In this document: positions 22,416-31,784 of the stretch, piece after piece
How positions within the stretch are numbered: position 1 is the first letter of the stretch
Layout of the letters: each line of letters begins with the position of its first letter
Assembly: GCA_023205875.1 (NCBI GenBank)
Contig: CP060755.1
Location: 930,001 to 994,000, forward strand
DNA: 64,000 nt
DNA from: Chloropicon primus
Lineage: Eukaryota
Direction of reading: 5' to 3'
Notes under the pieces: generated by a model
The model's database searches: none
Seen by the model: the letters and a program-made list of their open reading frames with translations, nothing else
Told to the model about the DNA's origin: nothing
Translations under genes and position numbers: made by a program

Positions 22416-25400
22416 ATGACCATGTCGACGTCGTCGCGAGGCCCGGGGTTGGACTGCGTGGTCAGAGTCCACGAGAGTCGCAATGTGGTGGATAAGGGTG
22501 AGGCCCTGAACTACTGCGTTTGCGTGGTCTCCATCGTTCGCACGTCGTACGAGAGCCTGCAGGAAGAAGTTCTGGACAGGGTGAGGTACGTGAGTGCCCC
22601 GGCGCACCGGCAGAAGCTGAAGCTCGCGAGGCCGCAGGTGTGGAAGCAGACCTCGAGCAAGGAGTGCAGTATCCACTGGCAGAAGCACAACCCGAGGGAA
22701 GCGTTTGCGCTGAGCCTTCGGCCACGCAGCGGGAGGCTGTACTGGACCGACGGGAGCGAGGAGGACAGGAGAGGGGGGAGGGTCTCGGATGTGAAGGAGG
22801 AGGAGATGCTGTGGAACCTGACCAACATGCCCAGGGTGAAGCTGGAAGTCTATGGCGTCGGGAGCCCGTCCTCTCCCAAGGAGAAGTTTCTGGGGCAGGC
22901 GTACTTGAGCTGGCGGGAGATCACCGCGAGCCTCGACGCCTCCTCCAGGAGCCCAGACGGCAGCACCAAAGTCTTCCTGCAGATGAAGCCGAGGAACCTC
23001 AAGTCTCGCGTCGGGGGCTACTTCGTGCTGTCCGTCGAGCCCGCTCTGCTGCCCCGGGGGGGCGCGGCGCCCGAGGGGCCCACAAGAGCCCCCTCTTCGT
23101 ACATGAAGAGGATGGTCTTGTACTGCCAAGTCATCAAGGTGGAGAATCTGCGGGGGGGGTCGGTGGACCCCTACGTTCTCGTGGAGACGCAACCCGCGTC
23201 CGAGTTTTCGAGGGCGGCCCGAACGCGGACAAAGTTTCAGTCCCTGGACCCTGTCTTCGAGGAAGCTTTCCTCTTCTGCGGTTTGAGGCCCGAATTGAGG
23301 GACCTGCGCCTCTCCGTCTGGGACGAGAACACGGGAGCGAAGCACGCGTGTCTTGGACACATCACCATCCCACTCGAGGCGGTCTTCCACAACCAGCACA
23401 ACATGAAGAGCTATGACCATTCCGGGGAGGAGGGCCAGCAAAGCAAGGTCAAAGACTGCACGATGGTGTTTGAATTGCAGCAAGAGACCTCCGGCCACAA
23501 GGATCAAAGCCAGAGCCTCCTGCACCTTTCCTTGTGGTTCGGGACTGGGGAGGAGACTCTGAACGCGTGCGGGAATCTGGAGAGGGGCATTCCCGGCAAC
23601 GTCGGCGACGCCGTCTTCTACGAGCCGGAGCTCAGAAAGCTGCACGTCGACATCTTGAAGGCCAAGAACCTGCCTCCAAAGGTGAAGAAGAACGGGTACT
23701 TGGCGGGAAGAGATTCCTATTGCACTGTCTCCATGACGGGGGGGCCACAAAAAAATTCGACGCAGATTCAAAGGTCCACGCTGTGGCCCGAGTTCAACGA
23801 AAAGTTTGCCCTGATGGTGGCCCAAAACCAGCTCCACAAATGTGCCGTCAAGTCGGGAGGCTTGATTCATGACGGGCCCTTTCCCGCCGCCTCGGAAGGG
23901 TCGTTGTCCCACAGGTCCAAGGACATCGGGTTCAACAATCCCGCTCTTTTGTCGATGGTGAAAAAGTTGGGAACCAGATCGCCCATACTTACGATCAAGA
24001 TGTTTGACTACGAGCCGCTGCACCAGAGCCTGGGCGGCGGCGACCGACTGATTGGTAAGCTCAAGGTGCCCGTTAGCAATCTGCCCACGTCGGTGAATGG
24101 CTCGACGAAGCCCCAGTGGCAGCCTTTGGTTGGAGGCTCGGGCATCAAAGGCATGAAATACAACGACGCACCGCCAGAGCTCTACTTTAGGGCTTGCTTC
24201 GAGAGAGAGGACTGTCCCCCTGCTGAGAACAAGAGGGCCATCGGAAGCGTGAGCATCACCCTGAAGAAAGTGTACTTGGAGCCGACCGCGGCATCGATAG
24301 CTTCCGAGCGTGGGGGGCTTTACTGCCTCGTCAAGTACGGGAAGGAGCTGGTGAAGACTCCTTGCCGTCAAACGAGAACGAAAGCGGGCTCGGGCTCATC
24401 CCTGGCGGGCACCAGGAGAACGTCGAGGTCGGCGAGGTCTGCAAGAGATTCGGAAAGGTCCGAGTACAACGACTACCAGTCCCTCGGCTCGATCGCGACG
24501 CACAGGTCGTCTGGGCAAGGCACGGGGAGATTGGACTACGACTTGTTCAGCCACGACGATTCTCTTCAGGTCAATGATTTGCAGATCTTCAAGTTCGGTG
24601 ACCGGTGCGCGTTCCCTGTCTGCGAACCGTCTTCCCTCATCTCGGTGGGGATCTTTGACAACGCGGACATGAAGCTGAGCAAGATCCAAATGAGACTCTC
24701 AACGTTCCTGAGGCGCTCCAACAGAATGCTTTACCCGATCTCGATAGACATGCCAGAAAACAAGGAGACGCTTCACGTGGGCTACCTGGAGTTCAGCATC
24801 ACGATAAAGTACGACTCCAAGCTTGATCTGTGGGCGAGGTACTTCACGCTGACGCAGCCGTCCACGCATTACACTGATCCCCTTCCGCTCAAGGTCAGAT
24901 ACAATGCGCAGGTGCAGGAGCACGAGCTTTTGAAGGCTTCCGTGTCTCGGGGGCCAAAGAAGCTCAGTCCGGATGTTGGAAAGGTGATGCTTGACACCGA
25001 GAACATAAAGTTCTCGATTGCATGCCTCCAGGCAAGAATTGCCAGCATCACCGAGTCCGTGAAGAACTTGATCCCAGTGGACTTGACGAAGCTTGACATG
25101 TACAACCCGATCACCTGGGAGAAGCCGTGGCTCTCCACCGTCATTGCCGCGGCCGCCTGCCTGGCCATTCAGTACGCTGAGTACCTCTTGCCCGTAACGT
25201 TCCTGCTTTTGGTCGTGGCCGGTCTGTTCTTGAGGAAGTTCCAGAGGCAGATCATCCTTTACGAATTGTCCAGGCTCTCCAAAACAGAGGAGGCTAAGGA
25301 AGGCGCTGAGTCTCCGGGGAAGACGGGCAGCCAAGTCAGCGACTTGATGAAGGGGCTGAAACTGGATACCCCGGTCGTTCTTGACGACCAGACCGTGTTG

Positions 25401-26366
25401 GACGAGGAGGACGAGAAAGGGCAGGGGGCTGACTTTTGCATTCCAGACTTTGAGTCCAACAGCTTCAACGTTGATTGCTTCTGGCAAGAAGAGAGCGAGC
25501 GAATCGTCCGCGACCGGGATGGCAAGGATTCAGAGAGTCGCCGGCAGCCTCGAGCGAGCGAGAAGAAGCTCGCGAGGGTGAAGAGGAAGGTGGAGATTCT
25601 GAAGCTCACGGTCGAGGACAAGCTGCTGACTGTGAAGACGAAAGCTGGGAGCAAGATCAATGTAGTGAAAGTGAAGATGGGAGGCAGGGTCGACGGCGTG
25701 AAAATCAAGCTCGAGGACAAGCTGAAGCACATCAACAAGGCATTGAAGACCAAGTTTCCGCACTTGGAGGTGAAGCTCAGGGACATCCAGTCCGCAAACA
25801 GGACCCTGAAGGAAAGCGTGAAGGACACGGCCAGCAAGGTCAAGAGCCGAGTGGGCCACGCGGTGTCCGGCGTGAGGAACAAGGCGGGGGAGGTATTTAC
25901 CAAGGCCGGCGGAGCAATCGACGGGGTGAAGGACATGGCGAGGAAGGAGATGCTCGCCGTGAGACGAAGGGCCGGGTTTGTCGTGATGATGGACAAGTAC
26001 GTGGAGCTAAAAAAGCAGTACAATGAGCTCAAAAGCTACTCCGGGATCACGCAAATGATGCTGGGAGACCTGAACAAGGGCCTGCAGAATGTGAGGGGGC
26101 TCATCCTTTGGACGGATCCGAGGGTCTCCTTCTTCTGTGTCTTTGGCTGCTTCCTCTCCTCGCTTTTCCTCTTTTGGTTTGGCTTGAAGGTGGCCCTGCA
26201 GCTGAGCGTTCTGTACGTTCTCAGGCCCCCGTTCCTGCAGGACCCGCTCCCCCCGGTGCCCCTCATCCCCTTCTTCCGGATGGCTTCCGTCCAGGAGTCC
26301 CCCTTGTGGTGCTACCTGGGCATCATGCAGAAGAAAGCCGACGTGAATAACAAGAAGGAGGCTTGA
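22416..26366 (+). CDS. Multiple C2-domain and transmembrane protein (MCTP/FTIP-like) with PRT_C-like C-terminus
   Basis: Several C2 domains (DPYVLVE..RTK..LDPVFEEAF..SVWD; DSYCTV..LWPEFNEKF..FDYE). Two hydrophobic hairpins (WEKPWLSTV..; WTDPRVSFF..LRPPFL..PPVP). Confidence 0.8.
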   Translation: MTMSTSSRGPGLDCVVRVHESRNVVDKGEALNYCVCVVSIVRTSYESLQEEVLDRVRYVSAPAHRQKLKLARPQVWKQTSSKECSIHWQKHNPREAFALSLRPRSGRLYWTDGSEEDRRGGRVSDVKEEEMLWNLTNMPRVKLEVYGVGSPSSPKEKFLGQAYLSWREITASLDASSRSPDGSTKVFLQMKPRNLKSRVGGYFVLSVEPALLPRGGAAPEGPTRAPSSYMKRMVLYCQVIKVENLRGGSVDPYVLVETQPASEFSRAARTRTKFQSLDPVFEEAFLFCGLRPELRDLRLSVWDENTGAKHACLGHITIPLEAVFHNQHNMKSYDHSGEEGQQSKVKDCTMVFELQQETSGHKDQSQSLLHLSLWFGTGEETLNACGNLERGIPGNVGDAVFYEPELRKLHVDILKAKNLPPKVKKNGYLAGRDSYCTVSMTGGPQKNSTQIQRSTLWPEFNEKFALMVAQNQLHKCAVKSGGLIHDGPFPAASEGSLSHRSKDIGFNNPALLSMVKKLGTRSPILTIKMFDYEPLHQSLGGGDRLIGKLKVPVSNLPTSVNGSTKPQWQPLVGGSGIKGMKYNDAPPELYFRACFEREDCPPAENKRAIGSVSITLKKVYLEPTAASIASERGGLYCLVKYGKELVKTPCRQTRTKAGSGSSLAGTRRTSRSARSARDSERSEYNDYQSLGSIATHRSSGQGTGRLDYDLFSHDDSLQVNDLQIFKFGDRCAFPVCEPSSLISVGIFDNADMKLSKIQMRLSTFLRRSNRMLYPISIDMPENKETLHVGYLEFSITIKYDSKLDLWARYFTLTQPSTHYTDPLPLKVRYNAQVQEHELLKASVSRGPKKLSPDVGKVMLDTENIKFSIACLQARIASITESVKNLIPVDLTKLDMYNPITWEKPWLSTVIAAAACLAIQYAEYLLPVTFLLLVVAGLFLRKFQRQIILYELSRLSKTEEAKEGAESPGKTGSQVSDLMKGLKLDTPVVLDDQTVLDEEDEKGQGADFCIPDFESNSFNVDCFWQEESERIVRDRDGKDSESRRQPRASEKKLARVKRKVEILKLTVEDKLLTVKTKAGSKINVVKVKMGGRVDGVKIKLEDKLKHINKALKTKFPHLEVKLRDIQSANRTLKESVKDTASKVKSRVGHAVSGVRNKAGEVFTKAGGAIDGVKDMARKEMLAVRRRAGFVVMMDKYVELKKQYNELKSYSGITQMMLGDLNKGLQNVRGLILWTDPRVSFFCVFGCFLSSLFLFWFGLKVALQLSVLYVLRPPFLQDPLPPVPLIPFFRMASVQESPLWCYLGIMQKKADVNNKKEA

Positions 26367-26560
26367 ATACACATACACTTTCACGGAAGATCGCCACCGT
26401 CACCATCACCACCTCCATTCTGATTTCCTCCTTTGTCTTGTCCAAATTCCCGAGTGAATCGGTCAAAAGGAAGGGAAGCAGATAGGGAGTGACAGCAAAT
26501 CGACACAGACCAAGAACGGAAAGAAGGACGGACGGACGGCAAGGTGAACAAGTTTGAGCC

Positions 26561-27595
26561 ATGACGCACCCGAAAGTTCTAGAGTTGTGGGAAGCATTGG
26601 AAGCAAAGCAGGGCAACATTTCTGCTCAGTTGTGTTACCTGGACAACTGGCTGGACGAGACGAAAGGATGGTCGTTCCAGCACTCGGAGTTTGGCAAAAC
26701 ATTCACATACTTCAAGAGCAACCCCTCCACGTGCGGTGCTGCCGCTGAAAAGTTCTCCGCCAAGCTCGGTCAAATTTACTGCGAAGCGATAGCCCAGGCG
26801 GTGAACAACATCGAGAACAGCGCCGGTGCAGTCTCTGCCGTGGAGAAGCTCGCCGTGGCGTGCAAGGACCCTCATAACAAGAGAATCGTGCTTCAGAAGT
26901 TGGCCGGTCCGCCTAACTTTTGCAACAGCACTGCCATCAAAGTGTGCTCGGGGTACTTTGGCGACGAGCTCGACATCGACGTCTGCAGGAAGATCGTGGC
27001 GGATTATGGCGACGCCGCGAAGGAGAAGCAGAACGCCCAGGACATGGCACGAATGGATGCTGAGCTTGACAGGGAAAACGCCGCGCAGAAGGCGCAGTGG
27101 TTCAAGACTGTGGAAGAGCTACGTGGCAGACCGGTATACATCAGGTTCTGGGAAAAGATGGCAAAGATTCAGGCTGAGGGAGGCATGCCTCTGACTCACA
27201 CCGACCCAATGTTCCAGCAGCCTGACCACAAGTTCGCCTTCATGAAGTTGGGCGGATCGAACCCACTGAGCTTCTTGGGCGGCATCTCCTTCTTGAAGAA
27301 GTACGCTGAGCTCAAGTTCGAGGTGAGGCAGGCCATTGTCAAGTATGGGATCCTGTTCTACTTCAAGAACACCGCCTGCAAAGGTTGCATCCCGATCCAC
27401 AGGCCGGCCGAGTTCGGACCTATTGAACCCGTCAAGAATTCCGACGGCGCGGTTCAAGGCTACGCCTTCACCGTCACGACCAAGCTCCCCCGCCGATTCG
27501 GCGCCCCCCCAGGCTGCGAGTGGAAGATCGGCGCCAAGACCGAGGCGGAAGCGCAGGAGGTCCTCAACACTTGTGAAAAAGTAAGGGCAGCCTAA
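26561..27595 (+). CDS. Uncharacterised protein with C-terminal PH-like domain
   Basis: 344-aa ORF with coding-like codon usage. MKLGG..GILFYFK..KGCIPI..FTVTT..IGAKTEAEAQEVLNTC follows the PH-domain pattern. Confidence 0.65.
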   Translation: MTHPKVLELWEALEAKQGNISAQLCYLDNWLDETKGWSFQHSEFGKTFTYFKSNPSTCGAAAEKFSAKLGQIYCEAIAQAVNNIENSAGAVSAVEKLAVACKDPHNKRIVLQKLAGPPNFCNSTAIKVCSGYFGDELDIDVCRKIVADYGDAAKEKQNAQDMARMDAELDRENAAQKAQWFKTVEELRGRPVYIRFWEKMAKIQAEGGMPLTHTDPMFQQPDHKFAFMKLGGSNPLSFLGGISFLKKYAELKFEVRQAIVKYGILFYFKNTACKGCIPIHRPAEFGPIEPVKNSDGAVQGYAFTVTTKLPRRFGAPPGCEWKIGAKTEAEAQEVLNTCEKVRAA

Positions 27596-28055
27596 ACACA
27601 CACACACACAAGCAGTTTTGTTCATGTAATAAATTATTGATAAACAATAACAGTTCAAAGGCAAGCAACACAACCACCGAGCAGGAACAGCGAGAGCAAA
27701 CGGACGGACGGGGATGACCTTGATTGGCTGTGATTGACCTGGTGACTCACCCAGTGGTAACATTGTTGTTGTCCATTGTATCTCTCAACCGTTATGCATC
27801 ATCACCTGCATCGTGCTTGTGAGGAAGGAAGGACCAATGCCGTAACCATCATCTAGCCGAACCACGTTTGCCTCCACCCCCTTGTCCTTTCCTCCATCGA
27901 ACGTCTCCAGGAAGAGGACCACCTTTGCCTTTGCCCCTCACGTTCTCTCTCGTCCAGAGCAGGACAATTTGGGGGTGAAAATTTTGTCCTTGGGATAAAG
28001 AGGCGAGAGCGGGGCGAGGGAAGGGAGAGAGAGAGACACAGAGGAGAAGAGAGAG

Positions 28056-28841
28056 ATGTACTCGCGAGTCGACACGCGCCGGGGGGGGGTGATCCTCGCC
28101 GCGGCCACGCTCCTACTCATTCAGGGAATCGTCGTGACGGCTGTGAGGGTGCCTGCGTACCTTGGAGGCGACGACGTGAGCCACCACCACCACCACCACC
28201 ACCACGAGATGGTGAAGGTGAAGGTTTTCTACTACGAGGAGACTCTGTGTCCCGACTGCGCCAAGTTCGGGGCAGGGTCGATGAACGAGGCGGTCGAGAA
28301 CTTGAGCGACTACATGGATTTGTACGTCGTGGCGTACGGAAATGAGCGTTATAACGAGTCGACCGGCACGTACACCTGCCAACACGGCGAAGAGGAGTGC
28401 TACATGAACCTCATCGAGGCCTGCTTGGACTTGTACGCCGGTGACGACTACAGGCGTTATTATCCTTTCTTCAAGTGCGCGGACGACATTGTGGCCAACG
28501 TGTATCCTCACATCAAAGGTATTTCTGCCTATATCATGAAAAAGTGCGCGTCCACTCTGCCAAGTGACATCACCCCTGAAATCCTGGACAGTTGCGCCAC
28601 GGGCAACCTGGGCCAGGAGCTGATTGCTATCTCGAGGCACAACACGGAGAGCTTGAACCCGCCCCACACGTACGTGCCTTGGGTCGTCGTGGACAAGAAG
28701 CCAGTCTTCCAAAATTACGACAACATTTCGGCGATCGTGTGCGAGGAGTGGGCCAGGCTGAACGACGCGAACCCTCCACCGGAATGCAGCAAGCTCGCGA
28801 GCACTCCGAGGCAGAGGGTCTCCGGGGTCTGCACACTCTAA
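28056..28841 (+). CDS. GILT: Gamma-interferon-inducible lysosomal thiol reductase (GILT) family, secreted/vacuolar
   Basis: Signal peptide, His tract, YEETLCPDC active-site CxxC, CQHGEEEC signature and YVPWVVVD. Confidence 0.92.
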   Translation: MYSRVDTRRGGVILAAATLLLIQGIVVTAVRVPAYLGGDDVSHHHHHHHHEMVKVKVFYYEETLCPDCAKFGAGSMNEAVENLSDYMDLYVVAYGNERYNESTGTYTCQHGEEECYMNLIEACLDLYAGDDYRRYYPFFKCADDIVANVYPHIKGISAYIMKKCASTLPSDITPEILDSCATGNLGQELIAISRHNTESLNPPHTYVPWVVVDKKPVFQNYDNISAIVCEEWARLNDANPPPECSKLASTPRQRVSGVCTL

Positions 28842-29033
28842 AGCAGGGCTTTCTGGGGTCCTTGGCGGCAAAGGTTGTTCGCGCGCAAAACGGGAGATGG
28901 AAAGTGATTCAACTTGCTCTATTTTTGATTTATTATTGTAAGGTTTCCTTCTTGCTGTTGCCTTGGTGCCTTGTGGCTTGGCAGCCTGCGCCCCCCCTCT
29001 GCCCCCCTGAGTCATGGCATCGCCCATTCAATC

Positions 29034-29537
29034 TCAATCCAGCACGGGCGGCGCGTGGTCCACCGCCGGACCGCCGTAGATCGCGTCCTTCATGATGAGA
29101 ATGTCGCTGAGCAGCTTCTCCTCCACCAGGGGGCCAAAGTCGATGCGCTCGACAGATTTTACTTCGAGGCGATCCATGATGCCCTGAGCCTTCATCCTCA
29201 GCTTCCCCACCCTCTCCTTGGCCAGTTTTAGCTCGGCCGACTTCCAGAGGCCCAGGCGACCCTCCACCTCTACCTGGCCCGCGGGCACCAACTTGCGGTG
29301 GTTGTCAGCAACGCCTCGAGGCGGAGCCCCCTCCGTCGCGGCGACCGCATCGAAGCAGGACGCGATCACCACCAGGCTGAGCGCGATTGCAACGAACGAG
29401 TGAGACAACCCCCTCCGGCTCAGGCTCGAGTGGAGGTCGTACGCCTGCTTCGCCTTGAGCATGCACCTCGTGCTCCTCGCGATCTCGGCGCGGGCCCTCC
29501 TGGTGTTCGTGAGTCTGAGCATCGTCGTCATCATCAT
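29034..29537 (-). CDS. Small hypothetical secreted or membrane protein with RKL motif (alternative start 29462)
   Basis: Hydrophobic stretch FVAIALSLVVIASCFDAVAA followed by NHRKLV; GC3-rich codons; no recognised domain. Confidence 0.55.
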   Translation of the reverse strand: MMMTTMLRLTNTRRARAEIARSTRCMLKAKQAYDLHSSLSRRGLSHSFVAIALSLVVIASCFDAVAATEGAPPRGVADNHRKLVPAGQVEVEGRLGLWKSAELKLAKERVGKLRMKAQGIMDRLEVKSVERIDFGPLVEEKLLSDILIMKDAIYGGPAVDHAPPVLD

Positions 29538-29955
29538 TGTCGTCGTCGTCGCCGTCGTCCTCTTTGTTGTCTCAAAAGTGCGCGCGCGCCCGGAGCTTGA
29601 GCTCGTGTGCCAATCCGATCACTCAAAAAGCGTTACAACCATCGACAATCAATTCATTTAATTTATTTCAGGGGTGAGGCCGGAGGGAATCGTGGAATGG
29701 GAAGGCCAATGGGGGATCTCTTTGGACAGAATCGGCTTTCTTTCTTTCTTTCTTCGTTCTTCTTGGGTCCAAAGGAGAGGCGAAGGCCCAAGGGCTCTTT
29801 TCCAAGCCCTCCTTTCGAGTGGTCCTCTTCTCTACTCGAGCAGAGTAAAGTGGTGTCAGAGAGATGAGTCGAGCCAAGCCAAGGCAAAGGCAAAACATGT
29901 GTATATTGTACAAAAGCACGCGCGCTTATGCGTGCTGAATGTTGTCTTTCGGACT

Positions 29956-31215
29956 TTAGGTCGAGATTGGGCGAGGCACGTTCTCCTCGAACTGGCCCCT
30001 GTAGTTTCCAGGGGGGTCGTACTGGCAGATGTACAGGGGGCTCGGCACGCCCTTGCAGTGGTCCAGAGGCATGATCACGCAGCCGATGTTCTTGGTGTCC
30101 TTCCACACGACTTGAGTGAAGTGGCCCGTGCTCATTCCGAACCCGGGGTTGTTGTAGTCGTACAAGGGCTCCTCCTTGTCGTACCAGCCTTGCATGGCGG
30201 CCTCCTCGCTGCGGTGACCCCAAGCGAGGTTCTCGCCGTAGCCGTTCCTCTGCTCGAAGGTGCTGTGCCTGACGTTGCAGTCGGACGCGATGACCTCCGC
30301 CCACTTCCTGGCGGACTCCTCGACGGCGCTGGACCAGCCCACGCTTCCCGTTCCGTGCTTGGCCCTGGCGGCGTTGTGGAGCCCGACAAACTTCTTGGCG
30401 CCCGTGGCGTCGCCGATCAGGCACTGGGTTCCGTTCTCGGAGAGGATGAGCCCCTCCAAGCAGGTCGTGCACGTGGCTGCCTCCTGGACGGCGCAGCCCT
30501 CGATCGCGATGCTGCACAAGGCGCCCCCGTTGGTCGGAATGTACCCCTCCTGGCAGCTGGTGCAGTTGGCACCTTGCTGGACCTGGCAGAACTCGATGGC
30601 GGCCTGAGCGAGCACGCACGCCGAGCCGTCCTGGGTGACGTCGTACCCCTCCTCGCAAGTGACGCAAGCCTCTCCCTCCTGGACCTCGCAGAACAAGATG
30701 GCAGGGAAAGTTGCAGGCAGGCACGCCGAGCCGTCCTCGGTGACCTCGTACCCCTCCTTGCAAGCGGTGCAAGCATCCCCCTCCTGGGTCTCGCAGAAGA
30801 TGATGGGCACCTCAACCACGGGAGGCTCGGCGGGCTCCTCTGGCTCGGGGGTCTCCACATCAGGCTCCTCGGTCACTGGGACCTCGGTCACTGGCACCCC
30901 GGTCACTGGGCTCGGCAAGGTGACTGGCGAGGGCTCCTCGCCCTGCGCCTTGTCATAAGTCTCAGAGGTCTCGGCGCAATCACCGTTCTGGCAGATGGTC
31001 GTCTTGACGGTGCAGAGGCCGTTACGACAGGAAGTGCTCTGCGTGTAGGACTGCGAGCCTCCCCCGGTCGAGGACGAGCTCGAGCTCGAGCTCGCGCTCG
31101 AAATGGCCCGAACCCTCTGGGCATCCACGCAGCACAGCCCAACCAAGCACGTCGTCAGGAGGAGGAAGGCGAGGGCCGTGGTGGCAGTCGCTGTCTTCTT
31201 CTTCGTCATCATCAT
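29956..31215 (-). CDS. Secreted CAP/SCP/PR-1 protein 1: signal peptide, 4-Cys module, Pro/Glu linker, 4 Cys-rich repeats, CAP domain
   Basis: HNAARAKHG, YGENLAW, GHFTQVVWK and CQYDPPGN CAP signatures. Confidence 0.92.
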   Translation of the reverse strand: MMMTKKKTATATTALAFLLLTTCLVGLCCVDAQRVRAISSASSSSSSSSTGGGSQSYTQSTSCRNGLCTVKTTICQNGDCAETSETYDKAQGEEPSPVTLPSPVTGVPVTEVPVTEEPDVETPEPEEPAEPPVVEVPIIFCETQEGDACTACKEGYEVTEDGSACLPATFPAILFCEVQEGEACVTCEEGYDVTQDGSACVLAQAAIEFCQVQQGANCTSCQEGYIPTNGGALCSIAIEGCAVQEAATCTTCLEGLILSENGTQCLIGDATGAKKFVGLHNAARAKHGTGSVGWSSAVEESARKWAEVIASDCNVRHSTFEQRNGYGENLAWGHRSEEAAMQGWYDKEEPLYDYNNPGFGMSTGHFTQVVWKDTKNIGCVIMPLDHCKGVPSPLYICQYDPPGNYRGQFEENVPRPIST

Positions 31216-31784
31216 TGTTATCGCCGCCGCTGGATTGCTGTCGGTGGTGGTGGTGTGTTCGACCGAGGTGTGGACGATTCTGTCTGGCCCGCGAGGCGAC
31301 GGACCTCTTAAATAGTCCCCTCGCGGGCCTGTGACGTCAAACGTCCACCATCATGAGGCCGACCTCCTCCGAGTACTCATTGAGTCCCAGCCCATCAAAA
31401 AAATTCTGCAGAAGGCCCTGGTGGATGGGAGTGGGAGGGTGAAGGGTAACGGTCGTCGTTAACGAGGGGCAGGCCAGGCAAGCGGAGGGAGGGGCTCATT
31501 GAGTCCTGGACCATCAGAAATTCTGCAATTTGTGTGTGGGGGGGTTGGTTTTGGAACGAAAGTTGGATCCTTTTTGTCCCGCACGCGCCAAGGCCAAGGG
31601 AGATCACCTTTGCTGGTGGTTCTAACATATACATATACATGTAATGCAGACCAAAGAGAAGCCAATGGAGTAAGATATGCAAAAAGTTTTGACTACACGG
31701 ATTGTTGCTTTGCTGGTGTTATTGGTTGGATAATGATTCGGTTGGTGGTCGTCCTGGCTGCAGCACGCCAAGATTCTTTGGCGC

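Noticed and set aside
31305..31340. TATTTAA-like box and TGACGTCA palindrome upstream of CAP1 (reminiscent of bZIP sites in PR-1 promoters)
   Set aside because: A single short motif that I did not find repeated upstream of the other CAP genes; compatible with chance.
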